This document shows positions 9,859 through 22,518 of a DNA stretch of 64,000 bases, piece after piece (positions within the stretch are counted from its first letter, which is position 1; each line of letters starts with the position of its first letter). The DNA is from an uncultured Chloroflexia bacterium (GTDB lineage Bacteria > Chloroflexota > Limnocylindria > Limnocylindrales > CSP1-4): assembly GCA_963710105.1 (NCBI GenBank), contig CAVPYV010000001.1, positions 178,370 to 242,369 on the forward strand, given 5' to 3'. The translations under genes were made by a program, and so were the position numbers. The notes under the pieces were generated by a model. The model was given only the letters and a program-made list of their open reading frames with translations. It was not told the origin of the DNA and did not search any database.

Positions 9859-11264
9859 CAGGCGATCCCTCCCACGGCCACTCGCCGGACGGGCGTGAAC
9901 GGATGGGGGCCGATGTCGTCCATGCGTCGCCAGAGGCCCCGCGCGGCAACGCGGGCGGCGGACGCGACCTCGGCCTCGTCGACCCGGGTCGAGCGCCGAT
10001 CGGCGATGACGAGCTCGCCGTTCACGACGACGTCGCGAACGGCCGCCGCGGACAGGCCGAAGATCCAGTGGGCGGCGAGGGTCGACCCGTCGAACAGGGT
10101 CGGCGGCGGGGCGTCGAGCACGACGAGGTCCGCCGGCGCGCCTGGCCGGAGCTCGCCGAGGAGCGGCTCCCCGAACGCCCGGGCCGGGATGGCCGCGCCG
10201 GCCGCCAGGCGCCCGACCGCCCAGTCCGGCCCCACCTCGAGGTCCTCCTCGCGGCGCCGGAGGAAGGCCGTCCGCGTCTCCTCGAACAGGTCGCCGCCGA
10301 TCCCGTCGGTCCCGAGCACGAGCCGGTCCCCGAGCGCCGCGACCGGCGCCCGGCCGACTCCGTTGTTCATGTTCGAGCGCGGGTTGTGGGCGACCGTCGC
10401 CCCGGCCACGCGGACGGCGGCGATCTCCGCCGGCCCGAGGTGGACGCCGTGAGCCAGAAGCGTCCGCTCGCCGAGGGCGCCTGCCCGGGCCAGGCGATCG
10501 ACCACCCGGAGGCCCGTCCGAGCCACCGAGTCGTCCTCGTCGGCGGCATCCTCCGCCGCGTGGATGTGGACGCCCGTCCCGGCCGACCGGGCGAGCTCGG
10601 CGAGCGCGTCGAGCGTCGCGTCGGACAGGGTGAACGAGGCGTGGCCGCCGGCCATCGCCCGGGCGAGCGGCCGGCGGCCGGCCGCGACCGCGTCGAGGAA
10701 GCGGCGGTTCTCGGCGAGACCGGCAGCGGCTCGCTCGGGGCCGTCGCGGTCGGTCGTCTCGTAGCACAGCACGGACCGAATCCCGAGCTCGGCGAACGCG
10801 TCGGCGACGATGTCGAGCGAGCCGTCGATCGCGTTCGGCGAGGCGTGATGGTCGACGAGCGTCGTCGTGCCGGCACGGAGCGCCTCGAGGCCGGCGACGA
10901 GCGCGGACGCCCGGATCGAGGCGGGATCCAGGGCGCGGTCGAGGCGCCACCAGACGCGCTGGAGGATCTCGACGAAGTCCGTCGGCGGCGCCAGGCGGTA
11001 GGGCATGCCGCGGGCGAGCGCCGAGTAGGCGTGGGTGTGGGCGCAGACGTTGCCGGGGATCACGATCGCGCCCGCGCAGTCGATCCGGCGGACGGGCCTG
11101 CGCTGCCTCCGGGCCACCGTCGCCGCCGCCCGCGCCGGTCGGCGGCCCGACGCGGACGATCCGCTCGCCGTCGACCACGACGTCGGCCGCCTCCACCCGG
11201 GTCGGCCGGGTCGCGCAGGCTCGAGCGAGCGAACGACGAGGCCGCCCGCCAGGACGAGGGTCAT
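9858..11264 (-). CDS. SsnA-like metal-dependent amidohydrolase (N-terminus has apparent compensating frameshifts)
   Basis: PGNVCAHTHAYSALARGM, WWRLDRAL, GTTTLVDHHASP, HNPRSNMNNGVG, LGTDG. Confidence 0.88.
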   Translation of the reverse strand: MTLVLAGGLVVRSLEPARPGRPGWRRPTSWSTASGSSASGRRPARAAATVARRQRRPVRRIDCAGAIVIPGNVCAHTHAYSALARGMPYRLAPPTDFVEILQRVWWRLDRALDPASIRASALVAGLEALRAGTTTLVDHHASPNAIDGSLDIVADAFAELGIRSVLCYETTDRDGPERAAAGLAENRRFLDAVAAGRRPLARAMAGGHASFTLSDATLDALAELARSAGTGVHIHAAEDAADEDDSVARTGLRVVDRLARAGALGERTLLAHGVHLGPAEIAAVRVAGATVAHNPRSNMNNGVGRAPVAALGDRLVLGTDGIGGDLFEETRTAFLRRREEDLEVGPDWAVGRLAAGAAIPARAFGEPLLGELRPGAPADLVVLDAPPPTLFDGSTLAAHWIFGLSAAAVRDVVVNGELVIADRRSTRVDEAEVASAARVAARGLWRRMDDIGPHPFTPVRRVAVGGIA

Positions 11265-13972
11265 CGCCGGCCTCCCGCGACGGGTGCGGCCGGAACGGAC
11301 GGCACCTTGCTGTCATCGGCCCGATCGGATTCGTCGTGGGCCGTCGCCCCGGCCAGGCGCGGCAGGGCCGCCCGGGCGGCGGCGGAGTCGCGCATCGGCA
11401 GCGTCGTCCGCCACCGGCCGTCGTGGGCGTGGAGCGCCGCCGCGACGGCGGCTGCCGTCGGGACGAGGACCGCCTCGCCCGCACCCTTCGCGCCGTGGGG
11501 GCCCTCGGGCTGCGGCTCCTCCACCAGGATCACCTCCACCGGCGGCATGGCGGCCGCGGGCAGGATCCCGAGCGATTTCAGGGTCGTCGTCCGGACCTCG
11601 CCGTCCTCGACCACGAGCTCCTCGGTCAGGGCATAGCCGAGCCCCATGTGGACGCCGCCCTCGACCTGGCCCTCGAGGAAGAGCGGGTTGATCGCCCGGC
11701 CGACGTCCTGGGCGGCGATGACGCGCTCCAGCCGGCCGGCCTCGTCGAGCACGACGACCTGGGTCGCCCAGCCGTAGGCCATGTGGGTCACGGGCTCGGC
11801 GACGTCGCTGTCCGGCGCGGTCGTCCAGTCGACGACGTGCTCGCCGGCGATCTCGCGGCCGGCGAGCGCCGCGAGGGGCCGGCCGGCCAGCTCCGTCCGG
11901 AGGCGGCGGGCGGCGTCGAGCACGGCCTGGCCGCCGAGCGTCGTCGCCCGCGACGCGGTCGTCTCGCCGGTGTCGAGCTCGCGCTCGGTGTCGACCCGGA
12001 CGTCGATCCGGTCGACCGCGATCCCGAGCTCGGTCGCGGCGATCTGGGCGAGGGCAGTGTGGATGCCCTGGCCCATCTCGGTCCAGGAGTGGTACAGGGT
12101 GAGCGTGCCGTCGGCCTCGGGCCGGAGGATCGCCCGCCCGCGCTCGACCATCCCGTTGCCGATCCCGGTGTTCTTCGCGCCGCAGGCGATCCCGGCGATC
12201 GGCGCGGCCCGATACGCGTCGCGGACGGCGAGGAGCGTCGCCTTGAGCCCGACCCCCGGCCCCAGCCGCTGGCCGGTCGTGAACTGGTCGCCGACGTCGA
12301 GGGCGTTCCGCCAGCGGATCTCCCAGCCGTCGATCCCGACGCGCTCGGCGAGCCGGTCGAGCAGGCCGTCGATCGCGAACGTCACCTGCGGCACGCCGAA
12401 GCCGCGCATCGCCCCGGCGGGCGGGTTGTTCGTGTGGACGGCGCGGGCCTCGATGTCGACCGCCGGCACGCGGTACGCGCCGCAGGCATGCCCCGCCGCG
12501 CGCTCCAGGACCTTGGCCCCGACGCTGGCGTAGGCGCCGGTGTCGCCGACGATCCGGGCCCGGACCGCGAGCAGCCGGCCCTCGTCGTCGCAGCCTGCCG
12601 TATAGGTCATCACGAGCGGGTGGCGCTTCGGGTGGGAGCGGAGGCTCTCGCGGCGGGACAGGGCGAGGAGGACGGGCCGGCCGGTCAGCCAGGCGAGGAG
12701 CGCAGCAGGGCCCTGGACCGTGAGGTCCTCCTTGCCGCCGAACGCCCCGCCGGTCGCGACCTGGGTGACCCGGACGGCGCCCTCCGGCAGGCCGAGGAGC
12801 GAGGCGATCTGGCGGCGGTCCTCCCAGGCGCCCTGGCCCTGGGAGTGGACCCGCAGGCCGTCGCCCTCGGGACGGGCGAGGCAGGCCTCCGGCTCGAGGA
12901 AGGCGTGCTCGATCCGTTGGGTCCGGAACGTCTCGGTCACGACGTGGGCGGCGAACGCCAGCGCACCGTCGACGTCGCCGCGCCGGATCGTCGTCGTCGA
13001 CAGGAGGTTGCCCCGCGGCTGGACCGGCGGGGCGTGCGGGCGGAGCGCCGCGATCGGATCGGTGACCGGCTCGCGAACCTGGTACTCGACTTCGACGAGG
13101 GCCGCCGCCGCGCGGGCCGCGGCCCGGCTCGTCGCGGCGACCGCCGCGAGCACGTCGCCGACGCAGCGCGTCTCCTCGCCCTCGGCCACGAGGACCGGCC
13201 AGTCGCGCTCGATCAGGCCCTGGACCCGCTCGCCCGGGACGTCGGCGGCGGTGACGATCCGGACGACGCCCGGCTGGGCCGCCGCGCGCGTCACGTCGAT
13301 CCGGGTGACGAGGGCGCGGGGGTGGTCGGAGAAGCGGAGGGCGCCGTGGAGGAGGCCCGGCTCCAGGAGGTCGGCGACGAAGGCCCGCTCGCCGAGGGCG
13401 AGGCCGCGGGCATCGAGCCGCGGCCGGCGGGCGCCGACGCCGTCGGAGGGCGACGACGCCGCGGTACCCGGCGGTCCGGTCACGGCGGCGGACGCCGGAC
13501 GGCCCGCCTCGGAGGCGCCGCGGCGGCCGGCGGCCACCAGCTCGATCGCGTCGATCACCTTGACGTAGCCGGTGCAGCGGCAGAGGTTGCCGGCGAGAGC
13601 CCGGGCAATCTCGGCCCGCGAGGGGTCGGGGCTGCGGCGGAGGAGGCCCTCGGCCTTCATCACGATCCCGGGCGTGCAGAAGCCGCACTGCGATCCGCCG
13701 GTCTCGGCGAGGGCGTCGGCCCAGGCCGTTCGGCTCCCGGGATCGAGTCCCTCGACCGTCTCGACCCGGCGGCCGGCGACGCGCTCGGCGGGCTGGGCGC
13801 AGGAGACCGCGGGCCGGCCGTCGACGATCACCGTGCAGGCGCCGCACGAGCCCTCGGGAGCGCAGCCGTCCTTCATCGAGCGCAGGCCGAGCCCGTCGCG
13901 GAGGACGTCGAGCACGCTCGCGCCCGGGCGCGCGTCCACCGTCACCGGCCGTCCATTGAGCACGAACTGCAT
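11261..13972 (-). CDS. Molybdenum hydroxylase with fused 2x[2Fe-2S] and Moco domains (selenium-dependent xanthine dehydrogenase-like)
   Basis: [48 protein letters not shown]. Confidence 0.9.
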   Translation of the reverse strand: MQFVLNGRPVTVDARPGASVLDVLRDGLGLRSMKDGCAPEGSCGACTVIVDGRPAVSCAQPAERVAGRRVETVEGLDPGSRTAWADALAETGGSQCGFCTPGIVMKAEGLLRRSPDPSRAEIARALAGNLCRCTGYVKVIDAIELVAAGRRGASEAGRPASAAVTGPPGTAASSPSDGVGARRPRLDARGLALGERAFVADLLEPGLLHGALRFSDHPRALVTRIDVTRAAAQPGVVRIVTAADVPGERVQGLIERDWPVLVAEGEETRCVGDVLAAVAATSRAAARAAAALVEVEYQVREPVTDPIAALRPHAPPVQPRGNLLSTTTIRRGDVDGALAFAAHVVTETFRTQRIEHAFLEPEACLARPEGDGLRVHSQGQGAWEDRRQIASLLGLPEGAVRVTQVATGGAFGGKEDLTVQGPAALLAWLTGRPVLLALSRRESLRSHPKRHPLVMTYTAGCDDEGRLLAVRARIVGDTGAYASVGAKVLERAAGHACGAYRVPAVDIEARAVHTNNPPAGAMRGFGVPQVTFAIDGLLDRLAERVGIDGWEIRWRNALDVGDQFTTGQRLGPGVGLKATLLAVRDAYRAAPIAGIACGAKNTGIGNGMVERGRAILRPEADGTLTLYHSWTEMGQGIHTALAQIAATELGIAVDRIDVRVDTERELDTGETTASRATTLGGQAVLDAARRLRTELAGRPLAALAGREIAGEHVVDWTTAPDSDVAEPVTHMAYGWATQVVVLDEAGRLERVIAAQDVGRAINPLFLEGQVEGGVHMGLGYALTEELVVEDGEVRTTTLKSLGILPAAAMPPVEVILVEEPQPEGPHGAKGAGEAVLVPTAAAVAAALHAHDGRWRTTLPMRDSAAARAALPRLAGATAHDESDRADDSKVPSVPAAPVAGGRR

Positions 13973-14147
13973 TGGTCGTCCTTCCCGTCGCGGCGGGCCG
14001 TCTGGCCCTGTCCCGGGCCCCGACGCACCTCCGACTCTAGGGAGGGCCATGGTCGCGGACCCGTGCTGTAGGTCCCGACCTCGGCCCTCACGTTGTCCCG
14101 ATTCCGGCATGACCAGGCCGGCCCGGGACCCCACAGCGGAGGCAGTG

Positions 14148-15646
<1,499 letters not shown>

Positions 15647-15650
<4 letters not shown>

Positions 15651-17191
15651 CCCGGATCGCCGCCGTCGCCGAGCGCCCGTTCCCGCCGGATGGCCGATCG
15701 GTCGCGCCGCCCCGTGACCTCGCGACCGGATGGCGGTGCAGCGGCTGCGCCTTCACCGTCGAGCCCGGAGCACCGGTCCCGATGCGCTGCCCGGCGGCCG
15801 TCGCCGGCGACGACGTGGACCACGTCCTCGTTCGGACCCTGGTCGCGCGGGGGCTCGACCCGGCGGATGCGGGCGAGGCGAACCCGTTCGTCCGCTTCCG
15901 GCGCCGCTTCCACGCCTGGCACGCGACGCAGGCCCTGGGCTGGACCGACGCCGACTACGTGAGCCTCGTCGAGGGCCTCGACGCGGCGATCAGCCACGTC
16001 GACGGCCACGGCTTCGCGACGACGCCGCTGACCGACTCCGCCGAGCTCGACGCCGCGCTCGAGATGGACCCGGGCCGGGTCCTCGTGAAGGACGAGACCG
16101 GCAACGTCGGCGGTTCCCACAAGGCTCGCCACCTGGCCGGCACGATTCTCGAGCTCGAGGCGAACGACGCGCTCGCGCGGGCGTCGGCCGCGGCCGCCGG
16201 ACGGCGCGAGCCCGATCACCCGCCGGCCCGCCTCGCGATCTCGAGCTGCGGCAACGCCGCCCTGGCCGCCGCGGTCGTCGCCCGGGCATGGGGCCGCGAG
16301 CTCGACGTCTTCATCCCGACCGACGCCGACCCGGCGGTCGTCGCCCGCCTCCGCGAGCTCGACGCCCGGGTCACCGTCGCCGAACGCGACCCGGACCTGC
16401 CCGGCGACCCGGCCTACCGCCTGCTCGCCGCAGCCGCTGCCGAGGGCGCGCTCCCGTTCACCTGTCAGGGCAACGAGAACGGCTTCGCGATCGAGGGCGG
16501 GTTGACGCTGGCCTTCGAGCTCGCAGGCCAGCTCGCCGCCACCGGAACCGTGCTCGACCACCTCGTCATCCAGGTCGGGGGCGGGGCGCTCGCCTCGTCC
16601 TGCATCCAGGGCCTGCGCGAGGCGGTCGCCCTCGGCGAGCTCGACCGGATGCCCCGGATCCACACCGTCCAGACGCGCGGCGCGTGGCCCCTCGGCCGGG
16701 CCTGGGACCTCGCCGCCGCCCGGCTCCTCGGGCACGAGCCCGACGGCCGCCACCGCCTCCCGCCGCGCTCCAACGCGACCGCCGACGAGCTGGCGCTCCG
16801 CGCCCTGACCGCCGACGGCGCGGCGATCCTCGACGACCTGCCGCGCCACCGCTCGGCGTGGATGTGGCCGTGGGAGACCGCGCCGCACAGCGTCGCCCAC
16901 GGGATCCTCGACGACGAGACCTACGACTGGTACGCCGTCGTGCGGGGCATGGTCGAGACGGGCGGCCAGCCCGTCGTGGTCGACGAGGCAACGCTCACGG
17001 CCGCCAACCGGCTCGCCCTGCGGGCGACCGGAATCGACGTCGACCACACCGGGTCCGCGGGACTCGCCGGGCTCCTCGACCTTCGCCGCCGCGGCGAGAT
17101 CGCGGCCGGCGAGACCGTGGCCGTCCTGTTCACCGGCGTCCGCCGGACCCATCCCGCCGGCTCGACCGGACATCCTGGAGATCGATCATGA
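15647..17191 (+). CDS. Fold-type II PLP-dependent enzyme (threonine synthase-like)
   Basis: N-terminal Cxx[37 protein letters not shown]. Confidence 0.82.
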
Positions 17192-18144
17192 GGAGCTTCC
17201 TGGGCCGGGACATCCTGACCCTCAAGGATTTCAGCCGCGAGGACTTCTTCCGCGTCTTCGAGGTCGCCAACGACCTCCGGCCGTACGCCCGCGACCGGCG
17301 CAACGGCGACCTCCTGAAGCACAAGACGCTGCTGACGGCCTTCTACCAGCCGAGCACGCGGACCCGCCTCTCGACCGAGGCCGCGATGCACCGCCTGGGC
17401 GGCGCGGTCCTCGGCTTCTCCGACGCGAAGATGACGCGAGCCGGCGACTTCTACCAGGAGTCGCTCAAGGACACGTTCCGGATGCTCGAGTCGTACGGCG
17501 ACGTGATCGCGATCCGCCACTTCCAGGAAGGCGCCCCGGCCGAGGCGGCCCACTGGTCGTCGGTCCCGGTGATCAACTGCGGCGACGGCTGGGGCCAGCA
17601 CCCCACCCAGGTCCTGACCGACCTCTACACGATCCTCCTCGAGAAGGGCACCCTCGACGGGCTGACCTACCTCCTCGTCGGCGACATGCGGATGCGGACG
17701 ATGCACTCGATCCTCCATGCCCTGTCGCAGTTCGACGCCGAGGCGATCGTCGTCTCGCCGCCCGATCTCGCCCTGAAGCCGGAGTTCAAGGCCGAGCTCG
17801 ACGCGATGAGCGTCGCCTACCGCGAGGCCGAGTCGGTCGCCGACGTCATCGGCGAGGCCGACGTCATCTACATGGAGCCGGTCGTCCAGGCCGACTACAC
17901 CCAGGCGCGCGTCGAGCGGGCCGGCGGCGAGGTCGGGTTCACGCCGGACGCGTACCGGGTCACCGCCGAGCTGATGCGCCAGAAGGCCAAGCGCAGCTCG
18001 ATCATCCTCCACTCGCTGCCGCGGATGGACGAGCTGACCGCCGACGTCGACGAGACCCGCCACCAGCGCTACTGGGTCGAGGCCGCCAACGGCGTCGTCC
18101 TCCGGATGGCCCTGCTCGCCCTGGTCCTCGGCGCGGCCGAGTAG
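17188..18144 (+). CDS. ATCase-like carbamoyltransferase with non-canonical acceptor site
   Basis: FYQPSTRTRLS, IRH, NCGDG..HPTQ, HSLPR. Confidence 0.85.
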   Translation: MRSFLGRDILTLKDFSREDFFRVFEVANDLRPYARDRRNGDLLKHKTLLTAFYQPSTRTRLSTEAAMHRLGGAVLGFSDAKMTRAGDFYQESLKDTFRMLESYGDVIAIRHFQEGAPAEAAHWSSVPVINCGDGWGQHPTQVLTDLYTILLEKGTLDGLTYLLVGDMRMRTMHSILHALSQFDAEAIVVSPPDLALKPEFKAELDAMSVAYREAESVADVIGEADVIYMEPVVQADYTQARVERAGGEVGFTPDAYRVTAELMRQKAKRSSIILHSLPRMDELTADVDETRHQRYWVEAANGVVLRMALLALVLGAAE

Positions 18145-18156
18145 GGGAGCACGACG

Positions 18157-19134
18157 ATGCAGACGAACCTTCGCGGCCGCGACCTGATCAGCCTCCAGGA
18201 CTGGACGAAGGAGGAGATCGACACGATCTTCGAGGTGGCGGCCCGGCTCAAGCTCGACCGCGCCCTCGGGGTCCCGCACCCGCTCCTCCGCGACAGGGTC
18301 CTCGCGATGCTCTTCTTCTTCTCGAGCACCCGGACCCGCGCGTCGTTCGAGGCGGGCATCGCCCAGCTCGGCGGCCACGGCCAGTTCATCGAGGCGAAGA
18401 CGACCCAGATCGCCCACGGCGACACCGCCAAGGAGATCGGCGAGATCCTCGGCCGCTACAACGACGGGATCGCGATCCGCAACGTCGACTGGGGCGTCGG
18501 GAACGCGTACATGCAGGACGTCGCGGCCGCCTCGCGCGTCCCCGTCCTGAACATGCAGTGCGACCTCTACCACCCGTTCCAGGTCCTCGCCGACCTGCTG
18601 ACGATCAAGGAGAAGCTCGGCGACCCGCGCGGCCGGACGCTGACCGTGTCGTGGGCCTACGCCGAGAGCTACCAGAAGCCGATGAGCGTGCCGCAGGACC
18701 TGATCCAGCTCGCGACCCGCTTCGGGATGAACGTCCGGCTCGTCCACCCGCCGGAGTACCGGCTGATGCCCGGGATCGTCGAGCAGGCCAACCGCAACGC
18801 CCGGGCGTCGGGCGGCTCGCTGGAGCTGATGGACGACTTCGACGCCGGGATGACCGGCAGCGACGTCGTCTACGCCAAGAGCTGGGGCCCGCTCCTGACG
18901 GCCACGAACGACGAGGAAGGCGCCGCCATCGGCGCCCGCTACACCGACTGGATCGCCGACGAGCGGCGGATCGGGCTGGCCAACGCCGACGCGATCTACA
19001 TGCACCCGCTTCCCGCCGACCGCAACGTCGAGGTCGCCGACGCGGTCATCGACGGCCCCCACTCCGTCGTCTACGACGAGGCGGAGAACCGGCTCCACGT
19101 CCAGAAGGCCGTCATGGCCCTGACGATGGCCTGA
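18157..19134 (+). CDS. YgeW/AOTCase-like (knotted) carbamoyltransferase
   Basis: SSTRTRASFE, HPFQ, SWAYAESYQKPMSVPQ (YgeW-like loop), YAKSWG, MHPLPADR, EAENRLH. Confidence 0.85.
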   Translation: MQTNLRGRDLISLQDWTKEEIDTIFEVAARLKLDRALGVPHPLLRDRVLAMLFFFSSTRTRASFEAGIAQLGGHGQFIEAKTTQIAHGDTAKEIGEILGRYNDGIAIRNVDWGVGNAYMQDVAAASRVPVLNMQCDLYHPFQVLADLLTIKEKLGDPRGRTLTVSWAYAESYQKPMSVPQDLIQLATRFGMNVRLVHPPEYRLMPGIVEQANRNARASGGSLELMDDFDAGMTGSDVVYAKSWGPLLTATNDEEGAAIGARYTDWIADERRIGLANADAIYMHPLPADRNVEVADAVIDGPHSVVYDEAENRLHVQKAVMALTMA

Positions 19135-19151
19135 TGAAGAAGGAGACCGAC

Positions 19152-20099
19152 ATGGGCGATCGGACGCTGGTCGTCGCGATCGGCGGCAACTCGCTGATCA
19201 AGGATTCCAAGCACCAGAGCATCCCGGACCAGATCGCGGCGCTCCACGAGACGAGCACCCACATCGCCGCGATCATCCAGGCCGGCTGGAAGGTCGCGAT
19301 CGGCCACGGCAACGGGCCGCAGGTCGGGTTCATCCTGCGCCGCTCGGAGCTGGCCGCCCACGAGCTCCACGAGGTGCCCCTCGACGTCTGCAACGCGGAC
19401 AGCCAGGGCGCCATCGGCTACGAGCTCCAGCAGGTCCTCGGCAACGACCTCGGCCGGCTCGGGATCCCGCTCCAGGCAGTCACGGTCGTCACCCAGGTCG
19501 AGGTCGCCGCGGACGACCCGGCGTTCGGCCGGCCATCGAAGCCGATCGGGACGTTCATGGACGAGGAGCGCGCCACCCGTCGCCGCGAGGAGGACGGCTG
19601 GGACGTGGTCGAGGACGCCGGGCGCGGCTGGCGCCGGGTCGTCGCGTCGCCGCGGCCGATCCGGATCGTCGAGGAGCGCGCCGTCAAGTCGCTCATCGAC
19701 GCCGGCTTCGTCGTGATCACCGTCGGCGGTGGCGGGATCCCGGTGGTCGCGGACGCCGCCGGCTGCCTCCAGGGCGTGGCCGCGGTGATCGACAAGGACT
19801 ATGCCTCGTCGCTCCTCGCCCGCCAGATCGGCGCGAACGTCTTCGCGATCACGACCGCGGTCGAGCGGGTCGCCCTGAACTGGGGCCGGCCCGACCAGGA
19901 GTGGATCGACCGGATGACCGCCGCCCAGGCCCGCGCCTGGCTCGACGAGGGCGGCCACTTCATGGCCGGCAGCATGGCCCCGAAGATCGAGGCCTGCCTC
20001 GAGTTCCTCGCCGCCGGCGGCGAGGAGGCGATCATCACCCGGCCGGAGCTGCTCGAGGAGGCCGTCGCCGGGACCGCCGGGACCCACATCGTCGCCTGA
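19152..20099 (+). CDS. arcC: Carbamate kinase
   Basis: VAIGGNSL, HGNGPQVG, SQGAIGY, WRRVVASPRP, GGGGIPV, VIDKD, GSMAPK; AAGGAG RBS. Confidence 0.95.
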   Translation: MGDRTLVVAIGGNSLIKDSKHQSIPDQIAALHETSTHIAAIIQAGWKVAIGHGNGPQVGFILRRSELAAHELHEVPLDVCNADSQGAIGYELQQVLGNDLGRLGIPLQAVTVVTQVEVAADDPAFGRPSKPIGTFMDEERATRRREEDGWDVVEDAGRGWRRVVASPRPIRIVEERAVKSLIDAGFVVITVGGGGIPVVADAAGCLQGVAAVIDKDYASSLLARQIGANVFAITTAVERVALNWGRPDQEWIDRMTAAQARAWLDEGGHFMAGSMAPKIEACLEFLAAGGEEAIITRPELLEEAVAGTAGTHIVA

Positions 20100-20151
20100 C
20101 CGGCGGCCCGACGGGCACGGCCGCGCTCGGCGCGATCGGATCAGGGAGCGG

Positions 20152-20227
20152 TGGAGCGGGAGACGGGGTTCGAACCCGCGACATTCAGCTTGGGAAGCTG
20201 ACACTCTGCCAACTGAGTTACTCCCGC
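20152..20227 (-). tRNA. tRNA-Gly(CCC)
   Basis: 76 nt GCGGGAG...TCAGC-TTCCCAA-GCTGA...GGTTCGAACCC...CTCCCGC-TCCA; cloverleaf with encoded CCA. Confidence 0.97.
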
Positions 20228-20334
20228 TCGGGAGGCCTCGAAGTCTAGCAATGGCTGCCGAGGCGTTCAAGAACGGGCCTGCGACGGAACCCGGCGCCGG
20301 CCCGGCCGCGGATCGCAGGCCGCGAGGAAGATCG

Positions 20335-20742
20335 ATGACGACACGACCGACTGCAGCAACGGCTCTCACGGCCGGCCATCCGGTGGCCATCATCGCCGTC
20401 AAGGCCATCCATACCGCGGTCTTCCTTGCCGAGCTGGCGTCGATCGGCTGGCTCGTCGCGACCGGGCTCGTCGGCCGGCGCGACCGAACCGTCGCGGTCG
20501 CGGCAACGGCTGTCGCCCTCGAGTCCGTCGTGTTCCTCGCCAACGACGGAGTCTGCCCGCTCACCCCGCTGACGCAGCGGCTCGGCGCGGAGCGTGGCGG
20601 CGTGTCGGACATCTTCCTCCCCGACGCGGTCGCCCGCACGATCCCGATCTGGTCGACGACGCTCATCGTCGTCGCGGGCGTGCTCCATCTTCGCGCAGCG
20701 GCGCGGCGGCGAGGCCTCGGCCCGAGGTCGACCGAGCGCTGA
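20335..20742 (+). CDS. Small membrane protein (CPLT motif)
   Basis: Three hydrophobic segments; KAIHT, NDGVCPLT, DIFLP. Confidence 0.7.
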   Translation: MTTRPTAATALTAGHPVAIIAVKAIHTAVFLAELASIGWLVATGLVGRRDRTVAVAATAVALESVVFLANDGVCPLTPLTQRLGAERGGVSDIFLPDAVARTIPIWSTTLIVVAGVLHLRAAARRRGLGPRSTER

Positions 20743-20831
20743 ACGTCCGGCTGGTGCGCCGGCCGCCCCGCCGGCGGTGCGCGGCTCCCTTGCTATCCTC
20801 CGGGGACCCTCTGCCGCTCCGGGGCCCCCAC

Positions 20832-21647
20832 TTGCCGTCACCGCGTTCCGTCCGGCGCCTGCCCACCCTCGCGGCTCTGTCCCTGGTCGCCGTCGTCGCC
20901 GCAGCGACCCTGGCCGGCTGCGACCTGATGACCGCGACGACCACGCCGCGGCCGTCGCGGCTGGTCGCGACCGCGCCGCCGACGGCCGCCCCCACCCCGG
21001 TCGAGATCGACGAGGCGCCGACCCTCCGCCCGGAACCCGCCGGAACCGGACCCGGGCTCGTCGATGCCGCGAACGCCCTCGCCGACCTGGACTCCTACCG
21101 GGTCGCGCTGTCCAGCCGCGGCCTCGTGCCGGCCACGACCGAGGGCGGGACGGTCACGATGACCTCGACCCTCGTCCAGGGCGACGCGCCCGCGGCCCAG
21201 TTCAGCATGGCCGGCGTCGACGGCTTCAGCGGCGGGCGGCTCCAGGCGATCGTCATCGGCGACGAGGCGTGGCTCAAGGAAGGCTCGGGCGGCTGGGCGA
21301 AGAGCCCCGGCGGGGCGGCCGACTTCGACGCGGCGTTCACGACGCTCTCGCCGATCGACCTCGTTGCGACGTTCGACGGGCTGTCGGGAGCGCTCCAGCT
21401 CGTCGGGACGGAGACCCGCAACGGCCGGCGGGCGATCCACTACCGGACCGACTCCGGCGACGACGGCGCGCTCGAGGCGGGGTTGACGAAGGGCTCGGCC
21501 GACGCCTGGATCGCGGCCAGCGGCGGCTTCCTCGTCAGTCTTGCGATCGACGGGACCTGGGACGTCGACGGAACGCCGACCCGCGTCGTCCTGAAGATCG
21601 ACGTCACGCGGGTCGACGACGGAGCGAACCGCATCTCGCCGCCCTGA
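20832..21647 (+). CDS. Lipoprotein, LppX/LprAFG-like fold
   Basis: Lipobox LAGC, Pro/Thr linker, LDSYRV..VGTETRNG..HY..ADAWI pattern; start approximate (TTG). Confidence 0.65.
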   Translation: MPSPRSVRRLPTLAALSLVAVVAAATLAGCDLMTATTTPRPSRLVATAPPTAAPTPVEIDEAPTLRPEPAGTGPGLVDAANALADLDSYRVALSSRGLVPATTEGGTVTMTSTLVQGDAPAAQFSMAGVDGFSGGRLQAIVIGDEAWLKEGSGGWAKSPGGAADFDAAFTTLSPIDLVATFDGLSGALQLVGTETRNGRRAIHYRTDSGDDGALEAGLTKGSADAWIAASGGFLVSLAIDGTWDVDGTPTRVVLKIDVTRVDDGANRISPP

Positions 21648-21707
21648 CGGTGCGCGTCCCGACCCGCGCGTGACGGCACGAGGGGCTCGCCCTGCTATCG
21701 TGCGGCC

Positions 21708-22517
21708 GTGGACCCGACTGCCGGCGGCGACCCTCGCGCCACCCCCGTCCGCCCCCTCGACCGACGCGGGACGGGGCCACTCGAGGCGACCTGGCTCGGC
21801 CGCGCGGACTACCGGCCGGTCTGGTCGCTCCAGAGGGAGCTGGCCGCCGCCCGCGCCGACGGCACGATCGGCGATCGCCTCCTCCTCGTGGAGCACCCCG
21901 CGGTCCTGACCCTCGGTCGCCAGGCCGACGAGAGCCACGTCCGGGCGAGCGCCGCCGAGCTGGCTGCCCGGGGCATCGAGCTGATCCGCGTCGAACGCGG
22001 CGGCGAGGTGACCTACCACGGCCCGGGCCAGCTCGTCGCCTACCCGATCCTCGCCCTGTCGCGCCGGGGCCTCCTCCTCCGGCCCCTCGTCCGAGCTCTC
22101 GAGGCGGCGATGATCGAGACCTGCGCCGCCTTCGGCGTGGCCGCCGGGCGGCGCGACGGACACCCCGGCTGCTGGATCGACCCGGATGGCCGCGAGCCCC
22201 GCAAGATCGGCGCCCTCGGGATCAGGGTCGAGCGCGGCGTCAGCTATCACGGGATTGCCCTGAACGTCGACTGCGACCTGGCCGATTTCGAGCTGATCGA
22301 CCCCTGCGGGATGCCCGGCGTGACCTCGACCTCGATCGCCCGCGAGGCCGGGCGGCCCGCGGAGGCGCCGTCGACCGCCGAGGTCGCCCGGGCGGCCGCC
22401 GTGTTCGCCCGGTCGATCGCCGCCGGGATCGGCGCGGAGCTCACCGGGTTCGGTGCGGCCGACTCCGGTGGCGGACCCGTCAGCCGCCGGCCCGTGACGG
22501 CCGCGGCGGCCGGCTGA
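21708..22517 (+). CDS. lipB: Lipoyl(octanoyl) transferase
   Basis: EHPAVLTLGR, RGGEVTYHGPGQLVAYPI, KIGALG, HGIALNV, PCG. Confidence 0.95.
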   Translation: MDPTAGGDPRATPVRPLDRRGTGPLEATWLGRADYRPVWSLQRELAAARADGTIGDRLLLVEHPAVLTLGRQADESHVRASAAELAARGIELIRVERGGEVTYHGPGQLVAYPILALSRRGLLLRPLVRALEAAMIETCAAFGVAAGRRDGHPGCWIDPDGREPRKIGALGIRVERGVSYHGIALNVDCDLADFELIDPCGMPGVTSTSIAREAGRPAEAPSTAEVARAAAVFARSIAAGIGAELTGFGAADSGGGPVSRRPVTAAAAG

Positions 22518-22518
22518 C

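Noticed and set aside
11261-13972. Selenocysteine recoding in the Mo hydroxylase
   Set aside because: No in-frame TGA; this family uses a labile selenium cofactor, and selenium dependence cannot be shown from this window.
5258-14071. Very long antisense or alternate-frame ORFs (e.g. 5258..8143, 11336..14071, and many others in the track)
   Set aside because: Arg/Gly/Pro-rich shadow frames expected at this GC content; they overlap well-supported genes.
20152-20227. tRNA-Gly as the integration site of an island carrying the catabolic cluster
   Set aside because: No integrase, no duplicated tRNA 3' end seen, and no obvious composition shift.
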